Virus record (IMG/VR): IMGVR_UViG_3300022700_000069 | Location: 1 to 64,000 of that record | Length of the DNA stretch: 64,000 nucleotides | Reading direction: 5' to 3' (one strand) | Source: a virus | Shown here: piece after piece, positions 19,591 to 29,631 of the stretch | Position numbering within the stretch: position 1 is the first letter of the stretch | How the letters are laid out: each line of letters starts with the position of its first letter | Notes under the pieces: generated by a model | What the model was told of the DNA's origin: nothing | The model's input: the letters and a program-made list of their open reading frames with translations, nothing else | Database searches by the model: none | Made by a program: the position numbers and the translations under genes

Positions 19591-22098
19591 TTATTGTTCT
19601 TCATCATTCCAATTATGATCATATATTAAATCAGTTTTTGCTCTTGTAATTGCAACATATTCAAGATTTTTTTCTTGTTTATATTGCCATTTTTTAGAAT
19701 TTGGAAATGGAATTAAATCTGGTCTTATAATAAAAACACGATTTGCTTCTAATCCCTTTGCCTTATGAATTGTACTTAGTACAATTCCAGTTAATTTATC
19801 AGTAAATATTGTTTTAATATTATGTTTGAGACTTTCAATAGTATCAGAAACTCTTGATAAAAATAATAATGTATTAACTTTATCTTGTAGTGCTACATAT
19901 CCTGTGTGTTCTTGAGGGTTAAGAATACCATTATTGTATAATTCTTTTTTAAATTTTTCAAGTTCATCTTCCCAATAATTAATTAATTGAGAAATTGTTT
20001 CAAAATTTTTTGTTAATTCTATTAATTTAATGCCAATATCACTTCCTTTAATAATGGCTTTTTTTTGTTGTGATAATAATTCAAAAAATAGTTTAATTAA
20101 TGGTGCTGTTGTTCTACAAAGAATAAAATCACCATTTTTAGCTTCATTAAGTACATCACCATCTCTAACAATACCTTCTGGTGCTTCTGGTAATGCTTTA
20201 ATATTTGGTACAATATTTTGAGCATGTTCAATTACTTTTTTTGAACATCTAAAAGAATATGAAAGTGGTAATATTTTGGTATTTTGAAAATTTTTGAACC
20301 AATTAAATGATCTTTCATCCGCACCCGAAAATCCATAAATTGTTTGAAAAAAATCTCCAACTCCAATTAATCTACCTTTATATTTTTTAGTATTTTTATC
20401 TCTTCTAAGCATTTTTTCAATCAATCTAATTTGACACCTATTTAAATCTTGTATTTCATCTACAAAAACATAATTTTGTGGAAATAACCATAATGAATTA
20501 TCCACTGCAGGAAGATATATCATATCAGTATAATCAAAAGTTTTCCTATCTTGAGTCATTGAATCAAGGATTTTTAAAATTCTTTTAATATCTTGGTCTT
20601 TTGTTAATGTAACTTCATATCTTTCAGCAATGAATGGTATATATTTTTTATCAGTTGTTAGCGATAATCTACACAAATTAACCATTTTTTTTATATCTTG
20701 AAAATATCTATATTTTTCTTCTTTGGATTTTAATTCTAAGTCTAAATTCCATTTTTTTGCTTTTTTTTGAATATGTTTATCTGCTTTAAATTCATCAAAT
20801 TGAATTTTATCACCATATTTTCTTTTGATTGCTGACATACCAAGACCATGTGATGTATAACATCTAACATATTCTGGTAATTTAGTTTTTAATTCTTCCT
20901 GAATATGTTTATTAAATGCCATAAACATAATATTTTTATCTTTAGGAATTAATTTAACCGCTTCTACTACAGTCGTGGTATTATGTGTTATGGTAAAATC
21001 ACCTAATAAAAATCTACCATTACCATCTAATGTAAAACCATAATAATTACCAGTACCAATATATTCAACTTTGAAACCAGTTCTTAATACTGATTTTTTT
21101 TGTTTTCTTGGTTTACATTTTTTTCTTGATAATAAAACTGGAACATTCTCAAACGATCCACTAATCGTAATATGCCAATATTTACCAGAAAATTTTAATG
21201 ATTTAATTTTTTTAGTAATTCCCTTTTTATATGCTGAAAATCCTAAACTTCTTGCAAGAAAAAGAATATCATCAGCAAATGATTTATATTTTGTAGCAAT
21301 CTCATAATATTTATGGTATTGATATCCATCTGAATCAATTATACCTGCAAATAATTTTAATCTATTATTATATGAATTAATTTTATATTCATTAGGTATG
21401 ATTAAATCACTATTATTATTAAAACATTTCTTAAATTCATCTCTTATTATATTATTAACCTTACGACCATTAAAATTAGGGGTTGTTAATGATACAGTTA
21501 TCAAATTTTTTTGATATTCGTTGAATTTAGGTGTAATATTATCATATTTAACATTTTTTAAATAATTTAAAATAGGTTTTTCATTAATATTAACCGATAT
21601 TCTAGGACTTCCATTAAATTTTGTACCATCACCTAACCAAAGACCTAATAAATAGGGGTCAATAATTACATCTTTTTTAGGAAAAGAAACCTCTTTTCTT
21701 TGAAGTCTTGCATACCTATAATTACCATTTCTATATTTAGGATAATTTATTTTATTTAATGGTATATCTAATAATTTTTTCTTTTGTTCATGATGATGAG
21801 TTAATATGTGTACATCATTACAAATCCAAGAATCACCCTTAACTGGAATTACTTTATATAACTTACCATTACCAATATTTGTATTTAATACCTTTCTTGG
21901 CATTGAATCATCACCCATAATCAAATCACCAATTTTTATATTTTGTACTTTTTTTATTGTACCATCATACATTAATATTGGTGTGTTTATACCTAAACAT
22001 TTTCCTGCTCCTGCATATGCTTCAATAAGAATATTCTCAGGTCTTTTTTTTATAAATTTAAAAATTTTTTCTTGTTCAGTTGTAGGTTTTAAATTCAT
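19591..22098 (-). CDS. UvrD/Rep-like superfamily 1 helicase with intein
   Basis: AYAGAGK/TTT Walker A, VFVDEIQDLN, VGDFFQTIYGFSGA, SFRCS, STIHKAKGLEA, YVAITRAK. Confidence 0.92.
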   Translation of the reverse strand: MNLKPTTEQEKIFKFIKKRPENILIEAYAGAGKCLGINTPILMYDGTIKKVQNIKIGDLIMGDDSMPRKVLNTNIGNGKLYKVIPVKGDSWICNDVHILTHHHEQKKKLLDIPLNKINYPKYRNGNYRYARLQRKEVSFPKKDVIIDPYLLGLWLGDGTKFNGSPRISVNINEKPILNYLKNVKYDNITPKFNEYQKNLITVSLTTPNFNGRKVNNIIRDEFKKCFNNNSDLIIPNEYKINSYNNRLKLFAGIIDSDGYQYHKYYEIATKYKSFADDILFLARSLGFSAYKKGITKKIKSLKFSGKYWHITISGSFENVPVLLSRKKCKPRKQKKSVLRTGFKVEYIGTGNYYGFTLDGNGRFLLGDFTITHNTTTVVEAVKLIPKDKNIMFMAFNKHIQEELKTKLPEYVRCYTSHGLGMSAIKRKYGDKIQFDEFKADKHIQKKAKKWNLDLELKSKEEKYRYFQDIKKMVNLCRLSLTTDKKYIPFIAERYEVTLTKDQDIKRILKILDSMTQDRKTFDYTDMIYLPAVDNSLWLFPQNYVFVDEIQDLNRCQIRLIEKMLRRDKNTKKYKGRLIGVGDFFQTIYGFSGADERSFNWFKNFQNTKILPLSYSFRCSKKVIEHAQNIVPNIKALPEAPEGIVRDGDVLNEAKNGDFILCRTTAPLIKLFFELLSQQKKAIIKGSDIGIKLIELTKNFETISQLINYWEDELEKFKKELYNNGILNPQEHTGYVALQDKVNTLLFLSRVSDTIESLKHNIKTIFTDKLTGIVLSTIHKAKGLEANRVFIIRPDLIPFPNSKKWQYKQEKNLEYVAITRAKTDLIYDHNWNDEEQ
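20980..21999 (-). mobile_element. Intein (340 aa) with LAGLIDADG endonuclease in the helicase P-loop
   Basis: CLGINTP...CNDVHIL...YLLGLWLGDG...FAGIIDSDG...FLLGDFTITHN / T. Confidence 0.95.
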
Positions 22099-22100
22099 AT

Positions 22101-22352
22101 TTATCCTTTTATTTCAATTTTTGTTTCTTTGGGAATTAATTTACTATCATTACTATGATCCATTTCAGGATATTCAATTGATGTTGTTAAATATTTTCTT
22201 CCATCTAATGATAGTGTTTTAATAAGATCATTAAATGATGTTTTTTCTTTTTCTACAATTTGTTGTACAAATCCATTTATTAATTCAATATATTTTTCTT
22301 GTGAAAGATTGATAAAATTAACTGTTAGTGTTACTTCTACATTGTGTATCAT
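22101..22352 (-). CDS. Hypothetical protein (start probably ATG 22352)
   Basis: ORF packed between 22357-22818 and the helicase. Confidence 0.5.
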   Translation of the reverse strand: MIHNVEVTLTVNFINLSQEKYIELINGFVQQIVEKEKTSFNDLIKTLSLDGRKYLTTSIEYPEMDHSNDSKLIPKETKIEIKG

Positions 22353-22356
22353 ATTA

Positions 22357-22818
22357 TTATTTTTTTTGCCAATTTTCGTTATCAATACCATCAACTAATT
22401 CATAAACATTCATATCTTCAAGTACTAATACTTTAAGACCAACTATTCTTTTAAAAATTTTTCCTTTATGAATAATTCCCTCGTAGTTTAACTTATCACG
22501 ATCTTTTATTGTATCAACAGTTATATGGTAATTTCTATGTATTGTTATTTCAGCTTCACCCATCACTTCCATTTGTTGTTTTAATAAAATAGCTAATTCA
22601 TCTGAAATAACTTCAAGAGTTTCAAATGTTGATTCTAATGCTTTTATTTGATTTTCTGGTAAATCATTTTTTCTTAATTCAATAAGATTATTTATAACAT
22701 ATCGAGATAATTCTAATGCCATAAATTTATCTTCTGGTTTGTCTTCATATGATTCAGGAATATTTATATATGGTCTTCCTTCATCATTTAATTTAATTTC
22801 ATATTCAAATTTCAACAT
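22357..22818 (-). CDS. Hypothetical protein, first gene of the helicase operon
   Basis: 153 aa; TATATTTG host-type element at 22845-22852 (-). Confidence 0.65.
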   Translation of the reverse strand: MLKFEYEIKLNDEGRPYINIPESYEDKPEDKFMALELSRYVINNLIELRKNDLPENQIKALESTFETLEVISDELAILLKQQMEVMGEAEITIHRNYHITVDTIKDRDKLNYEGIIHKGKIFKRIVGLKVLVLEDMNVYELVDGIDNENWQKK

Positions 22819-22859
22819 AATAAAGTATTTATAATAAATAAAGACAAATATAATATATT

Positions 22860-23978
22860 ATGACGTTAATTACAACAGTTGAGAAAAATAAATTATTTAC
22901 AAAAGTAAAACATGAATTAGGTTACCCTTTAAGACCTTTTGAAATTAAGGATGACATGATGATGTCATATCTGGAAATGGTAATTGAAGATTATTCATCA
23001 TTATTGAATAATTGGTTAATACATCAACAATGGGTTAGTGTTGAAGGTTTAAGTAAAGAAAATTCTGATTTTTTATCGGCATTTACAACTAAATCAACCA
23101 ATTATATGGAATCATTTACATATGCATATTCAAAACAAATTGGGTATGGTACAAATGCTCCTGCAAAAAATAATTGGGAATTGAAACGTGATTATATTAT
23201 CACATCTGCTAATACTCAACACTATATTATTCCTGCAAACAGAGAAGTAAATGAAGTTTTATGGGAAACACCACCTGAAATTGATCAGGGTTTAGTTGAT
23301 CCATTTTCATTAAATGCATGGAGTCCCGGTATGCATGGTTGGTCATATTTAGGTCGTCCTGCTATGTACGTTCAACCAACATTTTCAACACTATTAACAG
23401 CACAAGATCGTAGAATGAAACAAAGAGTCTTACAATCATTATTAACATATAGAATTACTGGTCTTGGTGATGGTCGTAAATTATTACATTTATACCCTGT
23501 ACCGGGAAGCAGACAAGAAATAAATAATCGTTGGGGTAAGCATTATGCTGGTAGAAAAGTTTGGTATTGGTATTATGATACAAACAATGTAGGTAGAGAT
23601 AAATGTTTAGAAGAAAATGATGATACTGTTAAATTACCTTCTGATCCACCTGTAAATGTATTAAAATGGGAGAAAATGAATGAATCAGCACGTAGACAAA
23701 TTCGTGATCTTCTTATTGCTAAAGTGAAAATGGTAATTGGTGGAATTCGTGGTTTTTATTCTGGTGAATTAGGTGTTACTGAAAAACAATTATCAATGGA
23801 TTATCGTCATTTACTTGATGAGGGGAAAGATTTAAAAGAAGCAACAGAAAAGGATATTACCGATTTATTAGATAAAATATCACAAGCTAATTTAACTGAA
23901 GAAAGAGCGAAAATTGCTGAAAATGTAAATAATGAACGTAGGTATCAACCACCTATGTTCCCTATAATTGCAATTTAA
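22860..23978 (+). CDS. Neck/head-completion protein (T4 gp13-like)
   Basis: N-terminal KHELGYPLRPFEI; C-terminal IRDLLIAKVKMVIGGIRGFYSG..MDYRHLLDEG..PPMF; late motif at 22825. Confidence 0.75.
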   Translation: MTLITTVEKNKLFTKVKHELGYPLRPFEIKDDMMMSYLEMVIEDYSSLLNNWLIHQQWVSVEGLSKENSDFLSAFTTKSTNYMESFTYAYSKQIGYGTNAPAKNNWELKRDYIITSANTQHYIIPANREVNEVLWETPPEIDQGLVDPFSLNAWSPGMHGWSYLGRPAMYVQPTFSTLLTAQDRRMKQRVLQSLLTYRITGLGDGRKLLHLYPVPGSRQEINNRWGKHYAGRKVWYWYYDTNNVGRDKCLEENDDTVKLPSDPPVNVLKWEKMNESARRQIRDLLIAKVKMVIGGIRGFYSGELGVTEKQLSMDYRHLLDEGKDLKEATEKDITDLLDKISQANLTEERAKIAENVNNERRYQPPMFPIIAI

Positions 23979-25758
23979 GGATAAACTTCATATTACCAGA
24001 ATCATATATTCTATAATACCCCCTCTCGCTCATGATTTGATGTTCTGTTTTTTGAGAATCAAATCCTTCTTTAATTAGAACATCTTTTCTAAATTTAAAT
24101 CGATGATGTAAAATATATTCATGTGGTTTAAAATACCAATAGTTGGGTTTTGTATATTTAACAAAATCAAAACCCAATTTTCTATATAATTCCCCATTTG
24201 AATATCTTCTATCTGCATAAGATATTATAAATTTAGGTTCATATGTTTTTATAAAATGTTTTAATAATTTACTAGCACCACCAATAACTTGTGTATTTAA
24301 TTTATTACAAAATCTAAGCATTTCGTATCCATCGTTAACATTTTTTGATCCTAATGATTTTCTTAAATTCCCGAATGTCATAATGGAAACTAATTCATTA
24401 TTATAGATTAATCCAAGTTTAATTTTAGAGTTAACATTACCCTGAATATGATTTTCATTTAAAAATTTTTTACTTGTTTGGGGATTAATATTAATTATTG
24501 TACATTTTCTTGCATAGATTTTATTTTCAATTATATTTAACTTACTTTTTATTATTGATTTAACAATTTTCTTTTTATTTTTCCATTCATTTTCAAAAAT
24601 ATGTAATAATTGAATATTATTTTTTTCACATAGCTCTGTTTTATTTAAATGATAATTTTTATTAACATTAATAGTAGAATGCCAATATAAACCATTATAT
24701 TCAATACCCACATTATTATTAGTGATAAAAATATCAATTTCTTTATTATTAATTTTTATTTTATTACCCTCATATTGAAGTTCATTTGTAATAAAATTCA
24801 ATATTTCTTTTTCGGATATTGAATTGTTTGATGAAACAGGATTACATATAGTACAAATATCTTTTATACCATACATTAATCTATTTTTTAATACATAATA
24901 ATTAATATCAAATTCATCATGATTATCACAAAAATTTTTTATTTTAAATGTTTTTTTATTTAAATCATATTCAATTTGATTTAAATTAATATTTAATTTT
25001 TTTGTATAATCATTTAATCGTTTTTTTATTATATTATTTTTAAATTCTTGAGATTGTGAAAAATGTTCAACACCATATTTATTAAGTATTGTTTGTTTCC
25101 GTTTATTGTTAATTTTACTAATTTCATCAGGTGTTTTATTATTATATGTTTCATTAACTTTTTTAGAGAAATATGTGGATTTTGAGTATACATCAACACC
25201 ATATTTATTAAGCATTGTTTGTTTTGCTTTTTCCCTATTATTAATATTTTTTTCCCCAAAATTTGTTATACTTGTTTTAATTGCTTTTTTTCTATTATTA
25301 TAATATTCATTCCCATATTTTTCTCTTTTTGTTTTTTTTATTTTATCAATATTAATGAAATTTTCATTATTATATTTTTCCTTTTTAGTTTTTTTCGATT
25401 TTTTTTTAACCTCACTAATTTTCATGGGATTATCAACCCCATATTTTTTAATTAATAATTTTTTATTTTCTTCAATTAAATTTTTATCAGTGTTTCTACA
25501 CTTTATTGAACAATATTGATAATAACCCCTCGAATAGCTAATAAAATTTACTCTATTATTACAATTTTTATTTTTACACATAGGTTTCATATTAAATTCA
25601 TTAATATACCAATACAATTTTTCATACCAATTATCAACTTCTCTAATATTAATTATTTTGTGATAATCATCCGGGTAATGTTTTTTTATATATAATTTTC
25701 TAGTTTTAACACCAGATTTATTATTAGTTTTTAAATTTTTCTCTAATTCTCTTTTCAT
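23962..25758 (-). CDS. Hef-like free-standing endonuclease: KYGV repeats, Vsr/DUF559-like nuclease, GNAT/Mom-like domain
   Basis: EIDIF..GIEYNGLYWHS..YHLNKT..LLHIFENEW; IYARKC..NHIQG..YEMLRFCNKLNTQVIGGASKLL..SYADRRYSNGELYRKLGF..IYDSG. Confidence 0.82.
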   Translation of the reverse strand: MKRELEKNLKTNNKSGVKTRKLYIKKHYPDDYHKIINIREVDNWYEKLYWYINEFNMKPMCKNKNCNNRVNFISYSRGYYQYCSIKCRNTDKNLIEENKKLLIKKYGVDNPMKISEVKKKSKKTKKEKYNNENFINIDKIKKTKREKYGNEYYNNRKKAIKTSITNFGEKNINNREKAKQTMLNKYGVDVYSKSTYFSKKVNETYNNKTPDEISKINNKRKQTILNKYGVEHFSQSQEFKNNIIKKRLNDYTKKLNINLNQIEYDLNKKTFKIKNFCDNHDEFDINYYVLKNRLMYGIKDICTICNPVSSNNSISEKEILNFITNELQYEGNKIKINNKEIDIFITNNNVGIEYNGLYWHSTINVNKNYHLNKTELCEKNNIQLLHIFENEWKNKKKIVKSIIKSKLNIIENKIYARKCTIININPQTSKKFLNENHIQGNVNSKIKLGLIYNNELVSIMTFGNLRKSLGSKNVNDGYEMLRFCNKLNTQVIGGASKLLKHFIKTYEPKFIISYADRRYSNGELYRKLGFDFVKYTKPNYWYFKPHEYILHHRFKFRKDVLIKEGFDSQKTEHQIMSERGYYRIYDSGNMKFILKLQL

Positions 25759-25884
25759 AGATTTTATTTTTATATAAATATACTATTAATTATTATTTAA
25801 TAACACCAAATATACCAAAAAAATATTAAACAATAAAGTATTTATAAATGTAATTCTAATTTAATAAACTGATAGAATTAAAAT

Positions 25885-26439
25885 ATGTCAAAAAATAATA
25901 AAAATATTGATCTTAAAAATGAACGTTATGGTCTTTTTATGACAGAAAATTCATTTGATTTAGATATTGAATATGGTAGAAATTACCTTCAAACAGATAA
26001 TGTTCAAAAAGTTAAAATATATAAAGTTAATTTAACTAAGACTAAATCACATTCATTATATGGTCAAACTAAAACTAATGATAAAATACTTTTTACACCC
26101 ATTGAAATAGATGCAATGGTAACAGTAAATCCTAATGAGCAATCTTTTTATGGTGATGGAAGTGGTGGTATTACACGTGAAGATACTGGTAAATTAGAAT
26201 TTGGTGTTTATTTAAAGGAATTAAAAGAAAAAAAACTTGAAATTAATCGTGGTGATTATGTTGAATATAATTTAAGTGGAACAAAATATAGATATTACGA
26301 AATAGAAAATGCTGAAAATGTTATTGACACAACAGATAAAACAATTGGTGGATTTAAACCATATTGGAAAAAAATTACTGCAGTTCCTGTAAAAGAAGAT
26401 GTTATTCAATTATTTGACAGTAACACTAAAGGTAAATAA
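25885..26439 (+). CDS. Neck/head-closure protein (gp14-like)
   Basis: SLYGQ..K..PIEIDAMV, LEINRGDYVEY..YYEI; late motif at 25838; syntenic with the gp13-like gene. Confidence 0.6.
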   Translation: MSKNNKNIDLKNERYGLFMTENSFDLDIEYGRNYLQTDNVQKVKIYKVNLTKTKSHSLYGQTKTNDKILFTPIEIDAMVTVNPNEQSFYGDGSGGITREDTGKLEFGVYLKELKEKKLEINRGDYVEYNLSGTKYRYYEIENAENVIDTTDKTIGGFKPYWKKITAVPVKEDVIQLFDSNTKGK

Positions 26440-26454
26440 AAAATTTAAATATAA

Positions 26455-26955
26455 ATGAAAAAAATAAGACTAATTGAAGTAATGGAAAAAGTAAACCCTG
26501 ATATGAAAATATCACATGAAGATATGCATGATTTAATGATGAGGGATACTAAATATATAAAAAAATATTATGATAGAATAAATGAATTAAATGCTGATGA
26601 AGTATATGATATATTAAGATACAATCCCGAATCATATGATTTATTAAAGGATTATGCTAAAAAAATATTAAGTGGTGATCAACTTGCTAATATTAAAGCA
26701 TATGTACCTGAATTGTCTGAAAAATTCACAGATTTAAACCACATAATCGACCCAATGCATATTGAAAATATCATAAAACATGATTTAAATAAAATAACAG
26801 CATTTTCTGATATATTAAATGATGATGAGTGGTTAAAAGAAAAATTTAAAGGATTAAAAACTATACTGGAAAAATATCCTAAATTAAAAAATCATTCAAT
26901 TTTTAATAGAGCAAAAATTTTAAATCGAAAAGGAATGATAGATTTAAATTTATAA
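26455..26955 (+). CDS. Hypothetical helical-repeat protein
   Basis: 166 aa with loosely repeated IL/IxxxP units. Confidence 0.55.
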   Translation: MKKIRLIEVMEKVNPDMKISHEDMHDLMMRDTKYIKKYYDRINELNADEVYDILRYNPESYDLLKDYAKKILSGDQLANIKAYVPELSEKFTDLNHIIDPMHIENIIKHDLNKITAFSDILNDDEWLKEKFKGLKTILEKYPKLKNHSIFNRAKILNRKGMIDLNL

Positions 26956-26963
26956 GAATTAAT

Positions 26964-27617
26964 TTAATATAGATATGAATATTTTTCCCATTTTTTTATA
27001 AATTCTTCTCTTTCTTTTTCATCATTAAAAGGTATTTTTTCACTGGCTTCATATAATAAATTATTAAATTTTAATTCAAGATTATTATAGTTAAGTATTA
27101 TTTTCTTTATATCTTTTCCAAATCCTTTTAATCTTTTTTTATCTATGGTTTTAATACCATATGATGTGTTACTTAAATCATATCTTTTTTGTTGATATAT
27201 TCTACCATTTGAAAATGCTAATGCCATTAACATTTGTTCCATGTATTTGATTTCACGTTTTTTTGGTGCTTTAATAGTATGCCAACCATTTTTACTAAAT
27301 TTAATGAGTCCAACACCTTCAGGAATTTCATCTTTAGTTGCAATTCCATCTAATATTGCAAAATATAATCTATTACAATAAGGGAGATATTTTTTATATT
27401 TACCTTTTTTTATGTCACTAAGAAAATCAGAACGTGTTACCTTAACTTCAAATATGTCAAGGTTAAAACGAGTATATGATGGTTTAACTGTTATTACATC
27501 TGCTTGTCCTGAAGTTCTATTAAACCATACTTGACCTAATGGAACTTCAATAAATTTTGTTCCCTTGGCTTCTGCAAGACTAAAACATGCTTCTCTATGA
27601 GTTAATTTAATTTCCAT
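26964..27617 (-). CDS. MmcB-like PD-(D/E)xK nuclease
   Basis: ADVI...IFEVKVTRSDFLSDIKKGKYKKYLPYCNRLYFA...EIPEGVGLI. Confidence 0.7.
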   Translation of the reverse strand: MEIKLTHREACFSLAEAKGTKFIEVPLGQVWFNRTSGQADVITVKPSYTRFNLDIFEVKVTRSDFLSDIKKGKYKKYLPYCNRLYFAILDGIATKDEIPEGVGLIKFSKNGWHTIKAPKKREIKYMEQMLMALAFSNGRIYQQKRYDLSNTSYGIKTIDKKRLKGFGKDIKKIILNYNNLELKFNNLLYEASEKIPFNDEKEREEFIKKWEKYSYLY

Positions 27618-27640
27618 TATTTTAACTTTAATTAAATTCT

Positions 27641-27841
27641 TTAGTAACTTTTATATAAATTATCTTTATTTTCAAAAAGTTTTGTTAATAATGAATCTAT
27701 GGTAGTACTAAGTTTAATCATTTTATTTTCTTTGGAAAATTCACAATTATAATCTTTAAAATTAATTTGTCCTAAATTAAATACATCTAAATCATTTTCA
27801 GGAATAAACTCAATATTATCACTATTATTAATTACTTTCAT
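27641..27841 (-). CDS. Hypothetical protein
   Basis: 66-aa ORF in a tightly packed minus-strand run. Confidence 0.5.
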   Translation of the reverse strand: MKVINNSDNIEFIPENDLDVFNLGQINFKDYNCEFSKENKMIKLSTTIDSLLTKLFENKDNLYKSY

Positions 27842-27843
27842 AT

Positions 27844-28098
27844 TTATATCATTAAATCATCAACCCAAATAGGGGTTTTATTACCAACATATGCACCACT
27901 AACATTAAAAATGAAATATTCATATGCATCTTCTTTTGTCATTTTATCTCTACTAATTAGAATATCGAGACATTTTGTTACTGAATAAACTAATTTTTTA
28001 TCGTCATAAACCCCTATTATTGCATCATCAAAACCATCAGCAATTAAAAAATCTTGTTCGGGGTATAGATTAACTATTTTATCTATTTTGAATATAAT
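27844..28098 (-). CDS. Phage hypothetical protein lacking a canonical start (not in ORF track)
   Basis: Frame open 27844-28116: ..YPEQDFLIADGFDDAIIGVYDDKKLVYSVTKCLDILISRDKMTKEDAYEYFIFNVSGAYVGNKTPIWVDDLMI. Only ATT/ATA codons are available near the 5' end. Confidence 0.7.
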   Translation of the reverse strand: MIFKIDKIVNLYPEQDFLIADGFDDAIIGVYDDKKLVYSVTKCLDILISRDKMTKEDAYEYFIFNVSGAYVGNKTPIWVDDLMI

Positions 28099-28231
28099 TT
28101 TTAAAAAATTCTTTAATTATTAAATGTTTTTTATTATATAATTCTGTTCCACATTGTAAATTTAAAATTTCTTGTGGTAGATGTTCTTCAATATTATCAT
28201 ATACTTGTAATATCTTTCTTACTGTAATCAT
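28079..28231 (-). CDS. Small hypothetical protein, 50 aa (not in ORF track)
   Basis: MITVRKILQVYDNIEEHLPQEILNLQCGTELYNKKHLIIKEFFKNYIQNR; starts 5 nt after the upstream stop. Confidence 0.5.
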   Translation of the reverse strand: MITVRKILQVYDNIEEHLPQEILNLQCGTELYNKKHLIIKEFFKNYIQNR

Positions 28232-28236
28232 TTTTT

Positions 28237-28488
28237 TTACCCCTCTTTTTGTTTAAAATATTTATTTCTAATTTTTGTTAGTTGCTCAACAATTTTCTCA
28301 TGTTGTTTAGGTGAATGAATATCTAAATCTTTAGCATATTGAATATACATTTCAATTGTGAAATCAATAAATTCCTTATCTTTATCGGGAATGAATGTAC
28401 TTTTTTTTATATATAATAAAAAAGCAATTGCAATTACTACAATTGCCACACATAGTAATAAAAGTGCAATTATTAAATAAATATCCAT
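28237..28488 (-). CDS. Small membrane protein
   Basis: Long N-terminal hydrophobic helix. Confidence 0.6.
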   Translation of the reverse strand: MDIYLIIALLLLCVAIVVIAIAFLLYIKKSTFIPDKDKEFIDFTIEMYIQYAKDLDIHSPKQHEKIVEQLTKIRNKYFKQKEG

Positions 28489-28501
28489 TCACAATAACTC
28501 C

Positions 28502-28786
28502 CTATCTTATTTTTTTTTTATTTGCTTTTTCTCTTACAAAAGCAATATGTGCTTCGCCAATAACTTTAGTCCAAGGAATTGGTTCACCCCATTCTTTATA
28601 TTGCTCAAAATACTCTTTCATTTTTTCAATCCAACGTGTCTCTTGATCATTACCATTATATACCAAACCACGCTCTTTCCATGTGTCACCCCAACGTTTT
28701 TCATCTTCAATTAATTGATTTTTCACATCAGTAAAGGTCGCATCAAGTTCATTAATTAAATTTATGTTTCTAAGTTTTTCATTCAT
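28502..28786 (-). CDS. Hypothetical protein (possible all-alpha NTP pyrophosphatase-like)
   Basis: EKRWGDTWK motif; directly downstream of thyA. Confidence 0.4.
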   Translation of the reverse strand: MNEKLRNINLINELDATFTDVKNQLIEDEKRWGDTWKERGLVYNGNDQETRWIEKMKEYFEQYKEWGEPIPWTKVIGEAHIAFVREKANKKKIR

Positions 28787-28800
28787 AATTAATTGTTATT

Positions 28801-29631
28801 TTAAATTGCTAATTCTAATACAGAATTTATTTTTTTTATTTCATCAACATTTTCAATATCAAAATCATTAACACTAAAATCATAAAAATTTCTATTATTT
28901 TTTAATTTAATTAGTGGTTGGATATATAACGGTGTTCTATTTAAAATTTCATTCATGGCATTTTCATGTCTGTCATAAACATGTAAATTTTGAATAAAAT
29001 GACAAAATACACCTACTTTATAATTTAAATGAGATGCAATCATCATTTGAAGTGCAACATATTGTATTTTATTAATATATCCAGCCATGATATAATCATT
29101 ACTTCTTTGTATTAATGTTAAATCTAAATAAATTTCATTATTAATTTTTCTCACCGACCAGATTGTTTCATATGCACAAGGAAATAAGCCATCACTTTTA
29201 AATAAATCATGTTCTTGATATAAATTCATTATATGTCTTCTTGAATATGGGTTATTTTTTAAAGAATTTAATAAATTATCAACCATATTGTATTTATTCA
29301 CGGTTGCACCATATCTTATACCTATAGTACCATCACCAATATCCCAATCATCCCACCATTTAATACCCATATTATGTGCAATATCTAAATTTGATGTTTG
29401 TTTTTGATATATCCATAAAATTTCCTTAATTCCTGTTTTTATTGCAGTATTTCTTAAAGTGGTTATTGGAAATTCATTTTTTGATATATCGTAATGTTCA
29501 ACAACTTGAGTAATAAATTTAGTATATGCAGGAGTTCCATCTTTATATTTCGGTCTTGGGTTTTTATCCCAAAAACCCTCATTAATAATCTTTTTTAAAT
29601 TATTAATATAATATTTATCTGCTTTTATCAT
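28801..29631 (-). CDS. thyA: Thymidylate synthase (start ATG 29631, MIKADKYY)
   Basis: FPITTLR, EILW, NPYSRR, PC catalytic Cys, QRSND, conserved Asn in INKIQY, NLHVYDRH. Confidence 0.93.
   Translation of the reverse strand: MIKADKYYINNLKKIINEGFWDKNPRPKYKDGTPAYTKFITQVVEHYDISKNEFPITTLRNTAIKTGIKEILWIYQKQTSNLDIAHNMGIKWWDDWDIGDGTIGIRYGATVNKYNMVDNLLNSLKNNPYSRRHIMNLYQEHDLFKSDGLFPCAYETIWSVRKINNEIYLDLTLIQRSNDYIMAGYINKIQYVALQMMIASHLNYKVGVFCHFIQNLHVYDRHENAMNEILNRTPLYIQPLIKLKNNRNFYDFSVNDFDIENVDEIKKINSVLELAI

Noticed and set aside
28801-29631. thyA-like gene as a dCMP hydroxymethylase for hypermodified DNA
   Set aside because: It keeps the dUMP-specifying Asn (INKIQY) and looks like an ordinary ThyA next to dUTPase.
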